A DNA stretch of 64,000 nt from Candidatus Magasanikbacteria bacterium CG_4_10_14_0_2_um_filter_33_14 (GTDB lineage: Bacteria; Patescibacteriota; Patescibacteriia; Magasanikbacterales; UBA922). The notes below the pieces were generated by a model. That model saw only the letters and a list, made by a program, of their open reading frames with translations, had not been told where the DNA came from and searched no databases. Location: positions 9,669 to 73,668 of the forward strand of contig PFPL01000045.1 in NCBI GenBank assembly GCA_002793035.1, written 5' to 3'. The position numbers were made by a program, and so were the translations under genes. This document shows, piece after piece, positions 58,449-64,000 of the stretch (position 1 is its first letter; every line of letters starts with the position of its first letter).

Positions 58449-61400
58449 ATGAGCGCTGTCAATTTGAAAGTTTTCCAAGGTTTGAACCTAGGACAGGAGA
58501 CTGATGTGCAGTTTTCCTATGAAGAAAATGGTTTGCATTTTCGTCGCGTTTTCAGTCAAGAAGGCAAAAGCCCTTTTGATATGGTAGAGTATGAAAAGAG
58601 GACTTCTATAATCCGTGAGCCAAGTGGTACAGTGGTTTTTGAAATGAAAGATATTGAAATCCCAAAAAACTGGTCACAAGTAGCCACTGATATTATCGCT
58701 CAAAAATATTTTCGTAAAACTGGCGTACCACAATATAATGACGATGGTACAATGAAGCTAAACGCTGACGGGTCACCCATGCTTGGACCTGAAACTAGCG
58801 TAAAGCAGACTGTCCATCGTCTCGCTGGTACTTGGCGTTATTGGGCTGAAAAGTATGGTTATTTTGCTTCGTCCAAAGATGCTGAGATTTTTTATGATGA
58901 AATTATTGTGATGCTTTTGCGTCAGATGGTAGCTCCAAATTCTCCACAGTGGTTCAATACAGGTCTCAATTGGGCTTATGGAATCAATAGTGAGTCTCAA
59001 GGACATTATTATGTAGATAATGAAAGTGGTGAAACAAGACGTTCCGAAGATGCTTATACTCATCCTCAACCACATGCATGTTTTATCCAATCTATCAAAG
59101 ATGATTTGGTAAACGAAGGTGGTATTATGGATCTTTGGGTGAGAGAAGCAAGACTTTTCAAATATGGTTCGGGTACTGGTACCAATTTTTCCAATCTTCG
59201 TGGTCGTGGTGAGCCTTTGTCTGGCGGTGGTAGATCCAGTGGTCTTATGAGTTGGCTTCGTATTGGTGATCGTGCAGCAGGAGCTATCAAATCAGGTGGA
59301 ACTACAAGACGTGCTGCCAAGATGGTAACTCTCAATCTTGATCATCCAGATATTGAAGAATTTATCAATTGGAAAGTAGAAGAAGAAAAGAAAGTGGCCG
59401 CTCTTATCGCTGCGGGTTATCCAAGTGATTACGAAGGTGAAGCTTATCAGACAGTTTCAGGTCAAAACTCCAACAATTCAGTTCGTGTTCCAAACAAATT
59501 CATGACAGCTCTAGACAACGATGCTAGTTGGAATCTTACTTGGCGTATAGACGGAAGTGTTTGTAAGACTATCAAAGCTCGTAAACTTTGGGATGAAATT
59601 GCTTATGCTGCTTGGTCTTGTGCTGATCCAGGTCTTCAATATGATGACAATATCAACGAATGGCATACTTGTCCTCAATCGGGCAGAATCAATGGTTCAA
59701 ATCCTTGTAGTGAATACATGTTCCTCGACAACACTGCTTGTAATCTAGCATCATTTAATCTTGCTCACTTTTTTGAAAATAGTACCAATACTTTTTTGGT
59801 TGATGAATTCAAACATGGTGTTCGTCTTATGACAACAGTATTGGAGATTTCTGTGCTTATGGCACAATTTCCAAGTGAAGAAATTGCTCGTGGTAGTTAT
59901 GATTTCCGTACTCTTGGTCTTGGTTATGCCAATTTAGGTTCAGTACTTATGACAGCAGGAATTTCTTATGAATCAAATGAGGCTTATGGATTTTCTGCAT
60001 CTGTGACAGCTCTTATGACTGCTGAAAGTTATAAGACTAGTGCGGAGATGGCCAAGTTCAAAGGTCCTTTTATAAAATTTGAAAAAAATAGGGAAGACAT
60101 GCTTCGCGTCATGCGCAATCATAGACGTGCTGCTTTCAATTCACCTATTACTGAATATGAAAAACTTGCTGTAAAACCAGTAGCTATCAATCCACAATAT
60201 GCTCCAGCTTATTTGCTTGCCGCTGCTCGTGAAAGTTGGAATGATGCCGTAGACATGGGTGAAAAATTTGGGTTTAGAAATGCACAAACAACTTTGCTTG
60301 CGCCAACTGGTACTATTGGATTACTTATGGATTGTTCTACTACAGGTGTTGAGCCAGATTTTGCTCTTGTAAAATTCAAAAAGCTGGCAGGTGGAGGATA
60401 TTTTCGTATTGTCAACGAAGCTGTTCCAGAAGCCTTGCGCAATTTGAACTATAGTGAAAATGAAATCAAAGATATTTTGAATTACATGCGTGGTACTGCG
60501 GATATCACCAAAGCTCCACATATCAATGCTGAGACTTTGAAAGCAAAAGGCTTCAACAATGAAGATATCGCTGCTATAAACAAAGCTCTCGAAGGTGCTT
60601 TTGAAATAAAATTCATTTTCAATGTTTGGACATTGGGTGAAGAAACATTACAAAGACTTGGTTTCAAAGAAGAAAAATACAATGATCCAAGTTTTGATTT
60701 ATTAAAAGAATTAGGATTCACTGCTCAACAAATTGAAGAAGCAAATGATTATGCTTGTGGTACAATGACAATTGAAGGTGCCCCACACTTGAAAGAATCT
60801 GATTACAAAGTATTTGATACTGCCAACAAAAATGGTAAAAAAGGGACAAGATTTATTCATTATCTTGGTCACATTCGTATGATGGCTGCTGTACAACCAT
60901 TCCTCTCAGGTGCGATTTCAAAGACTATAAACATGCCAAATGAAGTCAGTCTCGAAGATGTGAAGACTGCTTATGAAGAAGGTTGGAAACTTGGTCTAAA
61001 AGCGGTTGCTCTTTATAGAGACGGATGTAAATTGAGTCAACCTCTAGCTACTTCTTCTAAAAACAATGATAAAAAAGAAGATGAAGAATTAGAAGAAACT
61101 GTAGAAGAAAAAATGGCAGAAGAGATTATTGAAAGAAGTAAAGAACAAATCGAGCAAATCGCCAAGATGTTGCCAGTAAGTGAAGAAGATGTGAACGATG
61201 CTGTATTTCAAGCTAGTCAAATCCTTAGTAATCACGCTGGTATTCACACTCCGATGGAATCTTATACCAAAGATGGTCAAGTAGCCGAACGTCGTGTTTA
61301 TCTTCATGGTGAAAAACGCAGACTTCCTTCCAAACGTGGAGGTATCACTGTTGCTACCAAGATTGGTAATCAACAAATCTGGCTTCGTACTGGTGAATAT

Positions 61401-61973
61401 CCAGATGGCAAGCTAGCGGAAATATTTATCGATATGTACAAAGAAGGTGCGACTGTCAGAAGTCTACTAAACATGTTTGCAATTTCTGTTTCTATGGGCT
61501 TGCAATACGGTGTACCTCTTGAGAAATATGTTGAAAATTTTGTCTTTACAAGATTTGAACCTAGTGGTTTCACAGATCATCCAAATGTAAAAAATTCTAC
61601 TTCTATTCTAGATTTCGTCTTCCGTATTTTGGGAATGGAATATCTTGGAAGGACAGATTTTGTCCAAGTACCACCAAAAGGAATTCAAAAAAACAAATTT
61701 GAAAATATGGTGAAGATGAGAGAGGGCATGAAGATGCAAGAAAGTCTAGAATTGAAAAGTGTTGTTGAAGAAAAACCAGTTGTGAACAATGATTTACAAG
61801 CCGAGCTTCCTGTGGTTTCTGAGGTCAGAAACGAAGCTGTGAGTGCTTCAGACGCCGCACTTTCAGAAATGATGGGAGATGCACCCGCTTGTCCGACTTG
61901 TGGGCATATTACTGTACGAAATGGGAGTTGTTATAAGTGTTTGAATTGTGGAGATAGTTTGGGGTGTAGTTAA
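58449..61973 (+). CDS. nrdJ: class II adenosylcobalamin-dependent ribonucleotide reductase
   Basis: 1174 aa; NPCSEYMFLDNTACNLAS active-site block; C-terminal zinc ribbon CPTCG...CYKCLNCG. Confidence 0.9.
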   Translation: MSAVNLKVFQGLNLGQETDVQFSYEENGLHFRRVFSQEGKSPFDMVEYEKRTSIIREPSGTVVFEMKDIEIPKNWSQVATDIIAQKYFRKTGVPQYNDDGTMKLNADGSPMLGPETSVKQTVHRLAGTWRYWAEKYGYFASSKDAEIFYDEIIVMLLRQMVAPNSPQWFNTGLNWAYGINSESQGHYYVDNESGETRRSEDAYTHPQPHACFIQSIKDDLVNEGGIMDLWVREARLFKYGSGTGTNFSNLRGRGEPLSGGGRSSGLMSWLRIGDRAAGAIKSGGTTRRAAKMVTLNLDHPDIEEFINWKVEEEKKVAALIAAGYPSDYEGEAYQTVSGQNSNNSVRVPNKFMTALDNDASWNLTWRIDGSVCKTIKARKLWDEIAYAAWSCADPGLQYDDNINEWHTCPQSGRINGSNPCSEYMFLDNTACNLASFNLAHFFENSTNTFLVDEFKHGVRLMTTVLEISVLMAQFPSEEIARGSYDFRTLGLGYANLGSVLMTAGISYESNEAYGFSASVTALMTAESYKTSAEMAKFKGPFIKFEKNREDMLRVMRNHRRAAFNSPITEYEKLAVKPVAINPQYAPAYLLAAARESWNDAVDMGEKFGFRNAQTTLLAPTGTIGLLMDCSTTGVEPDFALVKFKKLAGGGYFRIVNEAVPEALRNLNYSENEIKDILNYMRGTADITKAPHINAETLKAKGFNNEDIAAINKALEGAFEIKFIFNVWTLGEETLQRLGFKEEKYNDPSFDLLKELGFTAQQIEEANDYACGTMTIEGAPHLKESDYKVFDTANKNGKKGTRFIHYLGHIRMMAAVQPFLSGAISKTINMPNEVSLEDVKTAYEEGWKLGLKAVALYRDGCKLSQPLATSSKNNDKKEDEELEETVEEKMAEEIIERSKEQIEQIAKMLPVSEEDVNDAVFQASQILSNHAGIHTPMESYTKDGQVAERRVYLHGEKRRLPSKRGGITVATKIGNQQIWLRTGEYPDGKLAEIFIDMYKEGATVRSLLNMFAISVSMGLQYGVPLEKYVENFVFTRFEPSGFTDHPNVKNSTSILDFVFRILGMEYLGRTDFVQVPPKGIQKNKFENMVKMREGMKMQESLELKSVVEEKPVVNNDLQAELPVVSEVRNEAVSASDAALSEMMGDAPACPTCGHITVRNGSCYKCLNCGDSLGCS

Positions 61974-61994
61974 TTTGAAAAATTATAGAAAAAC

Positions 61995-62029
61995 AAAACC
62001 AGTTTTGAAAGAGACTGGTTTTTTATTTT
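61995..62029 (+). terminator. rho-independent terminator after nrdJ
   Basis: AAAACCAGT-tttgaaagag-ACTGGTTTTTTATTTT. Confidence 0.55.
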
Positions 62030-62034
62030 ACTAT

Positions 62035-62090
62035 ACAATTGGTTGACAATTATTTTAATTTACCAAAATTATTTATTGTCAACCAATTGT
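62035..62090. repeat. perfect 16-bp inverted repeat pair
   Basis: ACAATTGGTTGACAAT-N24-ATTGTCAACCAATTGT between convergent nrdJ and the kinase gene. Confidence 0.5.
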
Positions 62091-62095
62091 CAACT

Positions 62096-62932
62096 TTAAT
62101 AATTGCTAAACTTTTTCAACAACTTCACAGACTTTTCATATCTTTTTCTATTTACCTTATAAAAATATGGCATCATATAGAGTAAATGTAAAATTGCAAA
62201 GTATTTTATTTTTTTCATGTCCAATTTTTCTTTATATCCTTCCAAAACACTCTTAAACATTTTATTGGATATCTCTAGGTAGAGTTTTCCAAAGTCGTAT
62301 TCTACTGGTCCACAATTTACGTCTCCAAAATCGATGATACCAACCAATTTGTTATTTTTTATCAAAATGTTATCTGGAGTTAGATCAAAATGTAAAAGAA
62401 AAGATTTTTTTTCATCAAAAAAGTTTATATTTTCATAAATAAATTTTTCTAAATGTTTTAGAAGTTTTTTATTAAAAGATTTTATTTTTTTGAGTCTTGG
62501 AAAAGTTTGTTTGATTAAACTGTCTAGAAAATCTCTGGGGTTTTTGTGTTCACCTTTGCCGTTTTTTTGTAATTCTCCAAAACCAGACATTTTTATCTTG
62601 TGGATTTTTTTTAGATTTTTACCCAAAGAAAAAAAGAATTCTTCTGGTTTATTTCTTTCTGGCTTTTTACCGTCTAGAAAACTTTCAATCAAATAATTTT
62701 TGCCTTTGAAAAAAATTTTTGGAATAAATTTTTGATTGAGATTAGAACAAACAAAGTTTTCTCTATAAACCATTATTTCTTTTCCTGCTTGTGGTTTTTT
62801 AAAAATGTATTTTTTACTTTTTGTTTCTACTATTTTTACTATTTGTTCTAAACCGTTTGACGAATCAGTCATTTTAACTACATTTTCATTTAGTTTTTCT
62901 TTGAAAATTTTTATGATTTGTTTGTCGAGCAT
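62096..62932 (-). CDS. aminoglycoside/choline-kinase-family phosphotransferase (APH-like)
   Basis: HFDLTPDNILIKNNKLVGIIDFGDV (Brenner/APH motif). Confidence 0.65.
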   Translation of the reverse strand: MLDKQIIKIFKEKLNENVVKMTDSSNGLEQIVKIVETKSKKYIFKKPQAGKEIMVYRENFVCSNLNQKFIPKIFFKGKNYLIESFLDGKKPERNKPEEFFFSLGKNLKKIHKIKMSGFGELQKNGKGEHKNPRDFLDSLIKQTFPRLKKIKSFNKKLLKHLEKFIYENINFFDEKKSFLLHFDLTPDNILIKNNKLVGIIDFGDVNCGPVEYDFGKLYLEISNKMFKSVLEGYKEKLDMKKIKYFAILHLLYMMPYFYKVNRKRYEKSVKLLKKFSNY

Positions 62933-62941
62933 ATTTTTAAG

Positions 62942-63724
62942 TTAATTTTCTTTAGAAGCTTCCCACAAAGTATCAAAAATACTGCGAAGCATTTGTACTA
63001 CATATTCATCTTCAATGAGTACTACTAGGGGAGCTTTAGGTTGCCAGATAGTTACTTTGTTGGCATAGAGCATGAAGCCAGTAACAAAAGGAAGTTTTCC
63101 TTTAAAAAATCTAGTAGTACGCATTTGTTCTTCGTCGGTGTTTCGTAGAGTTGTGGCATCATCGCCCTGTGTAAGGAGGGCGTTTAGATGTAAATTTTTT
63201 TCTGTTCTCTTTTTTATCCATTGTAATTCAGTATCCCAAGAAATCATATCAATAAAAGCATCTGCTGAACCAAAAAAACTAATTGTATCTTTTGTTTCAT
63301 CAATAACTTGAAAAAATAATTTAAGCCACTCATCTTCACCTTGAAATATTTTTACTTTTGTTGGAGTTTCTCCTTGGTGATAGAGAGCAAGTAAATCTGG
63401 CATTGATCCAACGAGTGTGTGATCGAGATTATTCACTGTTCTTTTTTTATCACGCAATTTTTCTAGTACGGTTGTTGGTGGCTCGACCATGAAAGTGCGG
63501 GTGTATTTTTTTCTTTCCGAAAATTTGGCTAGGCCGTATTTTTCAAGACCAGCAATGACCTTGTAAACATTGGGTCTTGGCATATCTAAGTGTTCTGCCA
63601 AGGAGGCTATAGTAGATGGGCCTAGTGAAAGTGAGATTGTGTATAAGTCGGCTTCATTATCTGTCAAACCAAGCTCTTTTAGGGAAGTGTAGAGATTTTG
63701 TTTCATTTCTATATCTGTAGGCAT
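62942..63724 (-). CDS. TrmB-family transcriptional regulator
   Basis: N-terminal wHTH LGLTDNEADLYTISLSLGPSTIASLAEHLDMPRPNVYKVIAGLE; first ATG (MPTDIEM) taken as the start. Confidence 0.6.
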   Translation of the reverse strand: MPTDIEMKQNLYTSLKELGLTDNEADLYTISLSLGPSTIASLAEHLDMPRPNVYKVIAGLEKYGLAKFSERKKYTRTFMVEPPTTVLEKLRDKKRTVNNLDHTLVGSMPDLLALYHQGETPTKVKIFQGEDEWLKLFFQVIDETKDTISFFGSADAFIDMISWDTELQWIKKRTEKNLHLNALLTQGDDATTLRNTDEEQMRTTRFFKGKLPFVTGFMLYANKVTIWQPKAPLVVLIEDEYVVQMLRSIFDTLWEASKEN

Positions 63725-63879
63725 AGCTGATATTTTTAAGAAGTGTATATAATTATTATACACTATATAATAAATTAAGTCAATATATTGACAGATATGT
63801 ATAAATATAGTATATTCAACTGTCTGAAATCTACAACTAGGTAGGTGGAAGACATGTTCTTTACAAGGAGGTCACAGCA

Positions 63880-64000
63880 GTGAAGATTGATCCTGGAGAG
63901 ATTAAACAGAATTTTGAGAAGAATAATTCGCTGAAGAAGGTCCTTGTTCTTCGCGATATTCTCATCAAGACTTTGTTGTACAACGTCTTTATGACAGGTG
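63880..64000 (+). CDS. partial CDS (5' end only), unknown function
   Basis: AAGGAGGT RBS then GTG; VKIDPGEIKQNFEKNN...; runs off the window edge. Confidence 0.3.
   Translation, partial: MKIDPGEIKQNFEKNNSLKKVLVLRDILIKTLLYNVFMTG

Noticed and set aside
1-64000. CRISPR arrays
   Set aside because: No regularly spaced direct repeats with unique spacers were seen; the repeats found are dispersed or dyad-symmetric, not CRISPR-like.

Overview
Cellular-looking AT-rich bacterial chromosome segment starting at dnaN, with small genes and several type IV pilus (T4P) components; the flavour is CPR/Patescibacteria-like, but that is an inference. Recognisable core genes include dnaN, a class A PBP, an M23/LysM peptidase, lspA, comM, ychF, rpsF-ssb-rpsR, galU, epmA-efp, ruvB, class II B12-dependent RNR (nrdJ), a PduO-type adenosyltransferase, a Zwf-Gnd fusion, and a pilMNO-pilC-pilB operon with pilin-like genes. 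Four tRNAs are present: Cys, Ala, Phe and Pro. Four things stand out. (1) An 8-kb tandem array of about 11 divergent paralogs of small two-TM proteins with a VirB2/TrbC-like (T4SS-pilin-like) architecture, several fused to Cys-rich ectodomains, interrupted by an orphan solute-binding lipoprotein and followed by a GT2 glycosyltransferase. (2) Several sharply GC-atypical islets in this AT-rich background, all encoding cysteine-rich proteins. These are a lipoprotein at 6828-7889 next to tRNA-Cys, a small secreted protein at 37923-38291, and a 1.3-kb islet at 21.2-22.6 kb. The last carries two paralogous approx 88-aa Cys-rich zinc-ribbon-like proteins driven by a near-consensus promoter and is bracketed by approx 20-bp dyad-symmetric direct repeats. 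(3) A cluster of DnaA boxes plus repeated dyad motifs next to a GC-rich structured RNA candidate (possible RNase P RNA). (4) Several families of short dispersed intergenic repeats and GC-rich hairpin elements. Two genes carry in-frame stop codons (TGA and TAG) at positions where the read-through translation looks intact.
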